This document shows, piece by piece, positions 1 to 12,849 of a stretch of 64,000 bases of DNA. A program made the translations under genes and the position numbers. Under the pieces are notes generated by a model that ran no database searches, was not told the DNA's origin, and saw only the letters and a list, made by a program, of their open reading frames with translations. Each line of letters begins with the position of its first letter. The first letter of the stretch is position 1. The stretch is from contig JBHGNT010000007.1 of NCBI GenBank assembly GCA_043228905.1, positions 21,576,001 to 21,640,000 of the forward strand, read 5' to 3'. Source of the stretch: Azolla caroliniana (taxonomy: Eukaryota > Plantae > Polypodiophyta).

Positions 1-3000
1 AACGCCAATAGCCGACCGATCCTAAACTTGGACGAAACAATCGGCCAAGTTCTCATAGAGGACATCAGGCGAAAATCGATGGGACTAAACATTGATGAGT
101 CGACAGAAGCCCATCACTTGACCGAGTTGTTCGACCGACAGAGTCGAACGAAAGAACAAGCCGACAAAATCGATCGACGCTACAACCGATCGAAAACAAG
201 GGGAGACCGACCGTTGTCGAAGTCGAAAACGGGCCGATCAAGTGAGTATTGCACACACTACAAGAAAGTTGGCCACAATGTTTCTGACTACTGGTCATTA
301 AAAAGAAAAGAGAGTGGTTGGCGGTCCGAGCGGAATCGGGGACGTTCCAACTCAGACCACCCTCCAATAGGCAACCAGATCAACGTTGCCGACACAAGAT
401 CCGAAGAAATCCTCTCCTTAGAGGACTCAATGATCAGAGAAGTCCTCTACAGTGCACAAGTTGCACACACATGGCTACTAGACTTTGGTGCCACATTTCA
501 CGTGACCCCCAACATTGAATGGTTCTCGAACTATTCAGTTGACACTAACGGCACAGTCCGATTGGGAAACGGATAGGAATGCAAGATAGCCGGAACCGGG
601 GAGGTTCCTATTAGATTGCCAAATGGCAACACAATAACCCTGCACTGAGTTCGGCACGTACCTGATCTAAAGAGGAGTCTGGTCTCCATCGGCATGTTAG
701 CCGAAGACGGGTATCGAACGACTCTACACGAGTTGACATGGGTGATCAGTCGAGGAAACCTCAAAATCGGTAGTGGGCACAAGTATAATAATCTATACCC
801 ATTGATGGCGATCAACTCTGAAGGGACCGTGAACATAACTGAGAAAACCAACCCAAACTTATGGCATGGCCGACTTGGCCACATGTCTCAAGCCAGACTT
901 GATCGACTGTTGTCAGTCGACTACATTCTGAAACTCCAGGCAAAGACGAACTTCTGCGAGCATTGTCAATATGGGAAACAGATTCGAAGTCCGCACTCTC
1001 TCCACTACGAGACGGTACGACAACCCCTAAAGCTCGTGCACACATACATATGTGGGCCCATCCTAGAGTGATCACTAGGAGGCTCCCGGTACTTCATCAC
1101 ATTTGTAGATGATTGTACACAGAAAGTTTGGGCATACTCCATCAAGTCCAAAGATGAAGCGCTCAAAGTCTTCACTCGATGGATATCTGAAGTGGAGAAC
1201 TGGTGGGGATATAGAGTGAAGACACTTCGATCCGGCAACGGAGGTGAGTACACCTCTAGAGCCTTTAAATAGTACCTGTCCGGAAAAGGGATCCGACACC
1301 AAAAGACCGTTCCCTACACACCCTTGCAAAATGGAGTGGCGGAACGGATCAACAGGATGATCCAAGAGAGGGTGATGGCAATGCTCCAGCAAGCCGGACT
1401 GAAGCTGGAATTCTGGGCCGAGGGATTGCAGACGGCAGTGTACCTAATAAATTTGGTGCCGTTAAGAGCAATCAGGCTCGAAGTGCCACAAGCACTATGG
1501 TTAAGCAAATAACCGACCTATGATAGGCTCTGTATATTCGGATGCAAAGCCTACACATTCATCCCTAGGGACAAAAGGATGAAGTTGGCACCCCATGCAA
1601 CGAAGTGCATATTTCTTGGTTATGGAACCGATGGGGACTTCGGCTACAAGCTATGGGACCCTGAGAGCCGGAAACTGATCCAGAGCAGTGACGTGGTCTT
1701 CAATGAAGACTCTATCTTCTCTCAACGGAACCAACAAAAAACAATTGGTAAGAAGGTATCCTTTGAAGATGACAGCACTGTCGTAGAAGGACCGACCCAT
1801 TGGGCCGAATTGGAGACTCGACAAACAGTTGAACTCCAACAAGCTGCCAACTTCCTGCCGACACCAAATCGGCAATATGTCCTATCGTCGAACTCAAAGA
1901 CAAAGTCATCAAAGACACAACCGAATCGACTAGGATCGATAAAGGCAAAGTCACCAAGAGACAAGTTAGAAAAGAGTCGACGACAACCACAGGGGAGGAC
2001 AACCAAACACCATCAAAATCCCAATATGGGGACGGAACACCGAACAAGACTCTTGATACAGATGGTTCAACTAATACCGATCGACCAACAGAGCTGATCG
2101 AAGGATCCTAACCAAACATCTCGGCACACAGGAGATCTGGATGAGCTCGAAGGCAAACAGAGTTCTACCAACCGGGCCTTGACTATGTCAACTACACGGA
2201 TGCAGGCGAACCAAGCACCTATGAAGAAGCTATGGCCACATCGGATGCCGAAACATGGCTACAAGCCATGAAATCCTAAATGGACTCAATTCATCAGAAT
2301 AAAAAATGGGAGCTGGTCGAACTACCACCTCGAAGGAACCCGCTACCTTGCAAATGGGTTTTCCGATACAAGTATGTATCCGACTCGGAGAAACCCAAGT
2401 ACAAAGCTCTACTTGTCGCGAAAGGATTCAAATAGGAATACGGGGTCGACTATGACGAGATATTCTCACCAGTAGTTAAGATGACCACCCTCCGATTCCT
2501 ACTAGGAGTCGTGGCGACAGAAGGTCTAGAGCTCGAGCAGATGGACGTAAAGACGACATTCCTACATGGAGATCTAGAAGAAGACATATACATGTCTCAA
2601 CCGATAGGCTTCACGACGATGGGGGAGGACAGTCACCTCGTATGTCGACTAAAGAAAAGTCTATATGGCCTAAAACAAGCGTCGAGAATGTGGTACCAGA
2701 AGTTTGACTGCTACATACGGCAACTTGGATACAACAGATCAGACTCCAACCCATGCATGTATGTTCGACAACTAGCTGATGAGTCAAGGATCTATTTGGT
2801 CCTATACGTCGACGACATGTTGATTGCAGGAAGCAATCAAGTAGAGATCGGTAAGCTGAAGCGGAGCCTTCACACAAAGTTTGCAATGAAGGAACTCGGA
2901 CAAGCCCGACACATACTGGGCATGAGCATAGAGCGAAATCGGACGACCAAAACTCTCCGACTCTCCCAGTCCAAATACATCCGCAAGGTGCTGAAGTGCT

Positions 3001-3971
3001 TCAACATGGAGAATGCGAAGCCAACACCGACATCGCTTCGGACGCCGATTGGACTATCAGATAGAGACTCTACTTCGACGAACAAGAAGAGAGAACTTAA
3101 TGGAAAAATACCCTACGCATCGGCGGTAGGAAGCATCATGTACGCAATGGTGGTGACCCAACCCGACCTAGCCCATGCCGGTACATGTCAAACCCAGGAA
3201 AGAAGCATTGGAAGGCCGTTAAGCACATCCTTAGGTATCTAAAAGGAACCCTGGATGCATAGCTGACTTTCGGACTGACAACCTCAGCCGAAGTCGAAGG
3301 CTACACCGATTTCGACTATGCCCGAAATGCAGATAATCGGAAATCGATATCAGGCTACGTCTTCAACTATGGGGCAGGGCAATATCATGGAGGTCGAAAC
3401 TTCAAGAGTGCACGACTCTGTCTACCACAGAAGCCGAGTACATAGCAACATCGGAAGCAGCGAAGGAAGTGATCTGGTTGCACCGACTGACTGCAAACTT
3501 CGGAATTGCAAGCCGAAACGACCGACTAGCGCCGACCATCTATTGCGACTCATAGAGCGCAATACACCTCATCAACAATCCCGTCTATCATGCGAAGATG
3601 AAGCACATTGAGGTGCGATATCATCATATTTGGGAGCTCATAAACGAAAAGAAACTCGAAGTCCGGAAGATCGACACCGAGGTGAATATCGCTGATTGCC
3701 TGACAAAGCCACTCCCATATCTACGCTTCGGAGCACTAAGGACAAAAATGGGGCTACAACAAGCGACCGAGCAGAAGAAAGCCGAACGAGGAGTAGAAGG
3801 TAAGATATGATCGGAACAATAACAACACATCTTATATATCTGCCGACTTGGTTGCATGCCGACCGACTTGTAACATATAAACTTAGATCACTTTTGTAAT
3901 CTAGGCTTACGAGGGAGATAACCCCAAACACTTGTACATGCAAGAAAGAGTAGTCATTTTATAGGGGAGTT
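1..3971 (+). mobile_element. Ty1/copia element A, internal region (degenerate gag-NC, PR, IN, RT, RH); 5' end lies outside the window
   Basis: Fragmented ORFs show WLLDFGATFH (protease), LWHGRLGH...CEHC (IN zinc finger), QNGVAERINR (IN), QMDVKTTFLHGDLEE and LYVDDMLI (RT), KHIEVRYH and ADCLTK (RH). The order PR-IN-RT-RH is Copia. Many stops and frameshifts. Polypurine tract ATAGGGGAG at 3961-3969. Confidence 0.93.
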
Positions 3972-4307
3972 TGTTGGCATAAAAGGCCGACTCCTTCCAA
4001 GTTGTATCCGTTCGAGTGTGAACTCGTCAATAAGTTAGGGCTTAGTATATAAGCAAATACCTAACACTGTATAGCGTGACGAGTGACAGAGAGATGAAGT
4101 GTCTGTGTATTGTATCTCAAAGAGAGTGTGAGAAGGAAGAAATAAAGCTTTCCATTAGAGCTTGCACTGTGTAAGTCCACGCCTATTCTATTTTCTGTCT
4201 GCGTTGTTTGCTGATAAGAACCGTCAACATATCCATACACGTTTCCGCAAATCACACTTGTTACCCCACAACCCTGTGTTAGTGGCTAGTCCAGCCCAGG
4301 ATTAACA
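3972..4307 (+). repeat. LTR following the PPT of Copia A; ends at either 4229 (TCAACA) or 4307 (TTAACA)
   Basis: Starts TGTTGG directly after the PPT. TATATAA near 4046 sits in a GCTTA/TAAGC palindrome. AATAAA at 4141. Two candidate ...AACA ends. Confidence 0.7.
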
Positions 4308-4313
4308 CATTTT

Positions 4314-4323
4314 TGGCGACCAC
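4314..4323 (+). promoter_or_regulatory. Primer-binding-site-like motif TGGCGACCAC (matches the 3' end of plant tRNA-Arg(UCG) as recalled)
   Basis: TTTTTGGCGACCAC lies just after an ...AACA LTR-like end, the usual arrangement of Arg-type PBSs in non-chromovirus Gypsy elements. Confidence 0.55.
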
Positions 4324-4485
4324 GATTCCTGCGGAACGCAATCAACATTGGGGAATGGATGACTAGACTGACAAATGACCCAGTTGCCGAACGAGTGAGA
4401 AGACTAGCCGAGAGACTGCGGAGGCAGGAGGCCTACCAACAGGTGACCTACCAACAGGTGACCTACCAACATTCGGTAGGACCGG

Positions 4486-5279
4486 TGTCATAAAGGGATA
4501 CAACCGATTGGTGCCACCACGATTCCACACTTGCCTCAACTACAACCACACATCTCGACTTGGTTTGGCGACCCAACACTCCTTGGAGATCCACCTGATT
4601 CGACTCATTGAAGTTTATTTACATTCTAGACTCAAAGTTCTTTAGTATTATTGTTCTTAGGGATTATTTGCATTATTTTGGAACAAATGTTGTGTAGTCA
4701 AAACCATGTAATGTATTTCATGTGCACGATATAACGCACATGCAAAGTTTCTCTATATGTGTACCACATGGCCCACATGCTTTATATCGCGCACATGCAC
4801 AAGCTTCTCTAGGTGTGTGCCACATGGCCTACATGTAATGAATTCAATTTAGTATAAAAGGGGAGGATTATTGTCATGGAGGCGGGGGGGGGGGGACAAT
4901 CAAAGAGTCCTATTTTGTAAAGGGTTTTTCTTTCGAAGAAATAGTGAATTTCCTATTTTGGCATTTCTTCTTCGTCTGCGTTTGAGGAGTAGCGTTGTAC
5001 GGTATTTTCTTCATAACTCTCAATTCTGACGTCTATTTTCGACGTTCTATAGCTCGTTGGAAAGCTCTTCTAGAGGGCTTTTGGTTACATAGGTGGAATG
5101 ATATAAGGTTTTTTGTCTTCACGGGTAGGGCTGCAAACCACTCGTGACTATTAAGATACTTCCAACTCGACTTCCCACTCTTCTCTTTCATCTTCTTATT
5201 TCCACTCTCCTGGTTCAGAACTCCAGCGGTTCTGCCCGGACACGCCAAGCTCTTATATACGATGTGCTTCGACACGACA
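4486..5279 (+). mobile_element. Solo LTR, 794 bp, with 4-bp TSD CCGG (Gypsy-like)
   Basis: Ends TGTCA...CGACA. CCGG at 4482-4485 and 5280-5283. TATAAAAGGGG near 4853. No internal coding region. Confidence 0.75.
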
Positions 5280-8200
5280 CCGGTCTTTTCCCAGAACGAT
5301 TCGGCGTGTCGCGAAGGAGTCACTCCGGTTGCAGAACCAATAGACCGATGAAGGTAGTAGCTTGACCAGTTTACGGCAGGCAAAATCCATACTACAAGCC
5401 CTTGCCACATGCGTCGGCGAATCAGAGGCCTTTTTTGCCTTCGAGTCGGAATCGGACGATGAGCACAATATGCAGTTGAACTATTGAAGTAGTCACGACA
5501 CCCTAGATGAACCGGAGGAAGACGATTCAGAGCACGAACCAACACCAAATTCAGAAACAACATTACCCACACTGCCGGCCCACAAGACAAACTATGAAAA
5601 GAACAACGTGCGGAAGCAACAGAAAGTAGAACGTAGGAAAACACAGGTTTAATGGAGAGCTTGGACACACACACAATATGTGGGAGAGACAGAGAGAGAG
5701 AGAATACACACAACTCTATTCAAAAAATAATACTCAGTATGTACATAGGATGTGCTCAGTGAGCACTTTTATACAAGTCCATACGGACTGACAGAAGTAC
5801 TGACACATACTTCAATGCTCATAAATGAGCTCTACACTAACTCCCAAAATATATTCCTACGCGGAATATCTTTCCAACGGCCTCGCGGTTTACGCACCGC
5901 TATGGCTTCTCGTTGCGCACGGGTTTACGCATTGGTCCAGCCAATGTTGAGCTTGTATCTCAACACTCCCCCTCAAGCTCAACTTGAGGCTCTTCTGGTT
6001 CTTCTGGATCACCGCTCCGATTTCTACTAGCTTCACGCCTCGCTCGCGTTCCTTGATCTGTTCGATTCCGCGCGCCTCGACCCTTCCGGTCGGCTTGTGT
6101 GCTCCTCCGGCCCTTCTCAACTCCCTTGCTATCGTGGTGTTGGTGCCTCAGTTGATTCGGCGTCTCCAAATCAAACATCCGAACGGAATCAGCTTCCTTT
6201 GATTGGTTTTCTCTCTCATCCGAGTTGGCTTCATCTCCCTCATGCTTGGCTGACTTCGGTTCTTTCTTTCGGCTGCTTCCCTCACGTCCGCTTTCAGACT
6301 CTTTCGTGGATCCGCCCTGGGCTTCTTCAGCCGACCCGAAACCGAAATTGTCATTCGACTCGGTGTCACGGTCTCTTTCACTCTTTTCATGCTCCCTTCC
6401 GTGGTCTTCCAGGACTTCTCTCCCCCTCAAGTTCGGCACATTGAGATGTCGCAACCTAAGCGCACCCGAGAATTGTCGTAACTTGTCGAGACCAAGGGGC
6501 TTGGTGAAAATGTCGGCGGTCTGCCGATCCATCGGAACATACTGAAGTTCGACTTCACCGGAGAGGATACACTCGCGAACAAAGTGGTAGTGCACCTCAA
6601 TGTGCTTAGTCCGGGTGTGGAAGATAGGGTTCTTCGCTAACTAGATGTTGCTAAGGTTGTCATAGTAGATCGTCGTCGGATCGGACACCTCCACATGCAG
6701 ATCCTTAAGTAGCCGTTTAAGGCAGATGGCTTCGCATGTTGCGACAACCGCTCCTCTATACTCGGCTTCGGTGCTCGACAGTGCAACTGTCGGCTACTTC
6801 TTGCTACTCCACACAATCGCAGCGCTCCCAAGAGAGAATGCGAATCCAGATGTGGATCGGCGATCGCCGGCGTTTCCGGCCAATCAACATCGGTGTAATC
6901 GACTAACTGCGTTGCAATATCGGTTCGATATAGTAGCCCCCGGTCCTTAGTGCCACTGCCATACACCAGTATGCGTTGTGTGCACTGAAGGTGCTCCTCG
7001 ATTGGCCGCACCATGAATTGACTAATCACATCGATCGGGTAACCGAGGTCTGGTCGAGTGATAGTCAAGTAGATGAGGCTTCCGATAATTGTCGGAACCA
7101 CATCGGGTCGCAAACCTGTCCGGAGTCGGGGCGAAGCTTGACGGTTCTATCCAAAGGAGTCGAGACGGACTTACAATCTGCCATCCCGAACTTGAAGAGC
7201 ATACCCAGCATGTAATGCCGTTGGTTGATCAGTATGCCTTCGGGGGTATGGATCACTTCGATCCCAAGGAAGTAATGAAGGTCCCCCAGGTCCTTCATGT
7301 CAAATGATGCCGCGAGCTGGAGTTGGAGCTTTACGCGGTCAATTTCACCTAGGTTAGCGCCGGTGATGACCAAGTCATCAACATAAAGTAAAATACTAAC
7401 CGGCCTGAGTTGACCTTGCCGAATGAACAATGAAGAGTCCGATTTGTACGTCGCAAATCCCATCCGACGCAATCGCTGCGTGATTTTCGCGTTCCAAGCA
7501 CGCGGGGCTTGCTTTAGTCCGTAAAGGGACTTCTTCAACCGGCAAACCGCCGAAGTGTTCATTCCAGAGTGAAATTCGGGGGGTTGTACCATGTACACCT
7601 GTTCCTCAAGCTTGCCTTGCAGGAACGCATTCTTGACATCCATCTGATGTAAATGCCACCCCTTCGCCGTTGCTACGGCTAGCAGAACACGCACGGTAGT
7701 CATCATCGTGATAGGTGCAAAGGTGTCGTCGTAGTCCATGCCATGCTTTTGCGCATACCCTTTCGCTACTAACTGGGCCTTGTATCAGTTGACCGAGTTG
7801 TCGGTGTTGTACTTGACCTTGTACGCCCACCTACATCTGATTGGGTTCACATCCTTTGGTGCGTCAACTAGGTCCTAGGTTTCATTCTCCGCCAATGCGC
7901 GCATCTCTTCCTCCATTGCGGCACACCAATTCGCGTCCTTCGTCGCTTTTGCATAGCTCTCCGGCTCACGCACTTCCGCTACACGCATCATGTACTTGTT
8001 GTATCCGAACCGCACAATAGGGTTCTTCTAGCGGGTAGATCGGCGTAATTGCTCATTAGCCGATGTTGAGGCTTTCTTGGCCGACGCGGACTTCGCTCTC
8101 GAAGGTCCGTCGTCGCTCTTCTCTGAGTTGGATTCGCGTCGATCCAACTCGCCCTTATCTGTGCCATACTCCGGCATCTTCTTCTTCCCTTTTTCTTTGC

Positions 8201-10060
8201 GTGTAAACCGTCTCCTCGGCTTCCTACGCAGGGAATGCATGGCCAAGTCTCCACTACTCGCCAACGCTTCTTCGAACTGGTCAAACCAACCTAGTCGCTC
8301 GTTCGGTCCACTTAGCCGAAATGAAATCGGACTCTCATCGAGGGTCTTGATTTCGCGGTCATTTGGAGGCATTTCAGCCTCGTTGACCTCATCGTTAGAA
8401 CTCGGGTCCGGAGATCCGGAGTTGGAGTTGAGGTCTGGAGTCGGAGGCAAGTACCAAGACGCGTATTCGTCAAACACAACATCGCGGCTCACGCGAGCTT
8501 GTTTGGTTCGGAGGTTATAACACTTATAACCCTTCTGTTCGTCCGAATAGCCGACCAAGTTACACTTCTCGGCTTTCGCGTCTAACTTCCTCCATTTCTC
8601 CTTCAGCACATGCACATACGCAATGCTATTGAAAACTCTCAAGCGTCGTTGATTCGGCTTTCTTTCGAAATACAGCTCATGCGCCGACACTTTGTCTCCG
8701 ATCCGATTTTGGATGTAGACCGTGGTTCGTACCGCTTTGGCCCAATAGAAATTGGGCAAGCTCTTTTCTTCTAGTATTGCCCGCGCCGCTTCCACAACCG
8801 ACCAATTTTTTCTTTTGGGTATGCCATTTTGCTCCGGCGTATACCTGCAACTGAATTCGCGCCGAATTCCCATTTGTTGCAGATAACTTTGAATTGGCCG
8901 GAAAAGTACTGTTTTTCACCATCCGACGGCAAGCACTTGATCTTTCTCCCTGTTTCCCTTTCTACGAAGCTTTTGAGGTCCCGGAAATAGTCGAAGACTT
9001 CACTCTTCTTTTCAATGAGATAGATCCACGTGTGCTGCGTGTAGTCGTTGATGAAGGAGACAAATATCGATTCCCACCAAGACTAACGTTCTGTGTCGGC
9101 CCCCATACATCCGAATGTATCAAGTTGAGCTTGTTTTGGCTCCGGTTACGCTCGTTGGGGAAAGGAAGTCAGTGTTGCTTCCCTAGCTGGCAGGCTTCAC
9201 AAATTTGGGCCTTCCAGCCATTGAATTTGGGCAATTCGAACACAACTTGTTTCGATTGCAAGTCCTGAAGCCTTTGATAGTTGACGTGGCCTATCCGCTT
9301 GTGCCACAAGTCAATATCCAATGCGACTTTTTGTCCTTTTGCGAACATTGCGGTGCCAACGTCATTGTTGTCAAGGATAAACATCCTCCCGTCTGTGCGC
9401 CCTTACGCAATAACTTGGCCTTCCTCCTCGATGAAGCACCCGAGATGCGTGAACCGGACTTGCATCCCCTAGTCGACGATATGCCCGACTGACACCAAAT
9501 TCTTCGTGATTGTCAGGACGTGTAACACGTTCATGAGTTTCCCTTTTTGCCCGACATGGCTCAGGGGAACTTCACCGACATTCTCGATCGGATGCGGAGT
9601 GTCGTCTCCTGTTGCGACTACTCCCGATTGCATCGGTTTCTCAAGGTATGAGAACCAGTCCTTATGGCTCGTCATGTGGTTTGACGCGCCGGGGTCAACG
9701 TACCACACCTCGTCCAATTTCGGGGTGGTCTTCTTCATCGAGTTCGCCTCGTGTCTCATTACGAAGGCAATGACAGGAACTCAACGCTCCTTATGCACAA
9801 AGCTCGGCCACAACCGAGATTCTTTTCATACACAGAAAACAGGAAACGAAAACATGACTCAAAGGAGAGGAAGGTACACAGGAGGTTTACGTGGAAAACC
9901 CAAAGAGGGGAAAAACCACGGCAGCCCACAAGCTGCAAACTGTCACTATGTGGGAATGTACAACAGTGAGTTCACTGAGGCAACGACCTCGTGCTCACAG
10001 ATCTTCGCCACAAGCGGCGGTTACAACAGAGGCAACAACCTCTTTCTCTCTCTCTCTCTG

Positions 10061-10088
10061 TTTAGGGTTTAGGGTTTAGGGTTTAGGG
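10061..10088 (+). repeat. Four perfect plant telomere repeats (TTTAGGG)4 inside the solo LTR
   Basis: Read directly from the sequence. Confidence 0.95.
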
Positions 10089-10324
10089 TAAACCAATTGT
10101 CTCATGGGCCAAATTTGGCCTTAGAAGACGTTAATACATCTTTCTTTCTTCCTTTCTCTCTGTACACTATTACGTGCTCTCTCTTCTTCTTGCACCAACA
10201 GGGAAAAATGACAACAACTATTAAAAGTTTGCCCTAAGTCATATTTATACTAATATGACTTTTCGGCTATTTACAAATATAGCCTCGATGGGCTCTCAGA
10301 AATATATTTACGAATATGTCTCTT

Positions 10325-10600
10325 CCTCCGGTTCTCACCGGTTCTGCACCATCCGGCTCTCTGTAGCTGGGTACTCCTCATCTGGTTCATACCGGGCCTG
10401 TATCATCCGGCTCTCCGTAGCCGAGTACTCCTCATCCGGTCTTCACCGGGACTGTATCATCCGGCTCTCCGTAGTCGGGTATTCCTCATCCGGTCTTCAC
10501 CGGGACTGTATCATCCAGCTCTCCGTAGCTGGGTACTCCTCATCCGGTCCTCACCGGGTCTGTATCATCCGGCTCTCCGTAGCCGGGTACTCCTCATACC
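10325..10600. repeat. 54-bp CCGG-rich tandem repeat, about 5 copies, in U3 of the solo LTR
   Basis: Unit starts CCGGCTCTC at 10353, 10407, 10461, 10515 (CCAG variant) and 10569. Confidence 0.9.
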
Positions 10601-12849
10601 GTTTCGGCCTCGGCCGAGTTTGTTCGTTGGCACTGTTCTTCTTCCTTCCCATCCGGAGGGACTTGTCCTCCAACAGGCAACCCCCTTTTTGACTTTTTCG
10701 GATTCTTCAGCATAGTGCGATTCTTCCAGCACTCGCTCTCCTTGTGGCCTTTCTTGCCACAGTACCAACATTGTGCGACGGATTTCCCTTGCCGGTTCTT
10801 GTCACCTTGACTCCCCTTATTTCCGGAGGGCCCGGAATTGCTGTCGGCATCACTTCAGTGCCTTCTTCCTTGATCCTATTGGTCGCCACCATTGCACACC
10901 GACTCGCCTCGTCCGCCACAACCACGGGACTTATCTCCCTCTGTGTACATCATCTTGCTATCGGCGTGCGTACTCGTCAACGCACCAATGTGGTTCTCCT
11001 CTATAAGGAGCATCGACTGTAGGTCGAAAAACGACGACGTATTCTCCCGTGTGCACACAACAGTTCGGAGCGCTCCAAACTTCGACGCTAGTCCCCCGAG
11101 ACAGATCTACACCATCTCACCTTCCTCGACATTCACATCGACGGAGGCGAAGAAGTCGCATATATCTTTGATCTTCGAGGTGTAATCAACCACAGACAAA
11201 TCGCGTTGTCGCAGGTTGCTCAACTCTTGTCAGAGTTGGAGCTTTCGGGCTGTGGTGCTTGCGACGAAAATCTTTTTCAGATTTCCCCAAGCATCCTTCG
11301 GTATTTTCACATCCCGAATATAGCTCAGAAGTTGTTCGCCCACAAAAGACACGAAGCAGTAGAGAACTCTGCTCGCCGACTGTTCCCAAGCCGGGAAGTC
11401 TTTGTGTGTCGAATTGGGTGTTGTGCCATTTGTTCCGTTGACATAACTCCAATATCCATGCCCGAGCAGGTACTGGTGCATCTTGTACGACCAAGACGCG
11501 TAGTTGTTTCTGTCGAGCTTCTCGGTCGGAAGCGAGCTAACCATGCCTCAATCCATTTTGTTTTCCTTGTTCTTTACAGAGGTTAGGTTTTCTTCTCGAG
11601 CTAAGGTCGGTTGTAGAGGTTCTCAACCCTCGCGCTCTGATACCATGTGAAAAGAACAACGTGCGGAAGCAACAAAAAGTAGAACGTAGGAAAACACAGG
11701 TTTAATGGAGAGCTTGGACACACACACACAGTACGCGGGAGAGACAGAGAGAGAGAGAATACACACAACTCTATTCAAAAAATAATACTCAATCTGTAGA
11801 TAGGATGTGCTCAGTGAGCATTTTTATACAAGTCCATACGGACTGACAGAAGTACTGACACATACTTCAATGCTCATAAATGAGCTCTACGCTAACTCCC
11901 AAAATATATTTCTACATGGAATATCTTTCCAACAGCCTCATGGTTTACGCACTCCTACTGCTTCTCGTTGCGCACTGGTTTACGCACCGATTAGACCAAT
12001 ATTGAGCTTGTATCTCAACACAAACCAAGACCAACAATCGGAGGGAATGACAAAGCACGAAACAACACCAGCATCGGACTGTCAAGCCGAGGAAAAGAAC
12101 GATCGGATACCGACGCCACGCCCCACGCAACCTTCCGAAGAAGACATCATGTCGTCGTACCTGTACTCAAAGTACCGAGATGACCCCGACGCGGAAGCCC
12201 ACATGTATGCCTTCTTCCAGACATGGGAAGTTAATCATGTCTCGTAGCGGTTGACGGACGCGGAAGGTGAACGTTCCAAGATTGCGAAATTCGGCATGAC
12301 ATTGGAAGGACGGGTAGCACGGTGGCATGCAAAGCACCTGCTCGGTAGCTTTGCCACATTCGACGCCCTCAAAACTAAATTCCTGTGATTTTCCCACCGT
12401 CAATTCTACACGACGTATTAGGAGTAACAGGAAATGATCCCACAATTTATCATCCGGTTCTAGACTTTGCACAGCCAACTGACTCGAGCACCTCCGAAAG
12501 ATGAGGCAAAGTTAGTATTTTTGGCTGCACTCTGGGAACCCCTCCGAACAATGTGTGTAGTACTGGATTTCCAGACCAGCACTATGGATCAAGTCCTTGA
12601 CAGGGCCTTGGAGATGGATAAGAGCAGTACCTTGATGTTCATGGGGGCTCTCCAATGAGCTCTTCCTAAAGAAGAAGATCTCTGTTTTCGCCAAGCAGTG
12701 CAATGCACAACGTGCATGAACCCGAGACATTCCACATTAGAATGCACAATGAGGATGCACTGCATGCTATGCCACTCTTGGTCACATACTATGGACCGGT
12801 GTGAGTATAATCTATTAAATCGACAAGTGGCACCAGTCTGACACATTCA

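Larger units (their letters stand above)
9771..10675 (-). mobile_element. Solo LTR, 905 bp, related to the Tnt1-like Copia family of this window; inserted in Copia B with TSD GGCAA
   Basis: Minus strand reads TGTTGG...CTGTCA. GGCAA at 9766-9770 and 10676-10680. Shares the TATA block and U5 blocks with the LTRs at 21785, 27628 and 31453. Confidence 0.92.
5593..12020 (-). mobile_element. Ty1/copia element B, full length and degenerate, TSD CAAAC
   Basis: LTRs 11646-12020 (5') and 5593-5965 (3'). iMet PBS (reverse of TGGTATCAGAGC) at 11634-11645. PPT at 5966-5977. Motifs: gag KLDRNNYASW, PR WYVDPGASNHM, IN LWHKRIGH, RT LYVDDLVI, RH ADIFTKPL. TSD at 5588-5592 and 12021-12025. Confidence 0.96.

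Noticed and set aside
5033-5713. 226-aa minus-strand ORF
   Set aside because: It spans three unrelated pieces (solo LTR, gag remnant, Copia LTR), so it is a chance fusion.
10061-10088. True telomere or chromosome fusion site
   Set aside because: Only four units, in one orientation, inside a TSD-flanked solo LTR.
10255-10692. Recurring ORFs such as MTFRLFTNIA...SSGSHRVFRCR (also at 14513, 21787, 27891, 28615 and 43103) as a novel protein family
   Set aside because: They are antisense translations of LTR tandem repeats, and their frames and lengths differ between copies.
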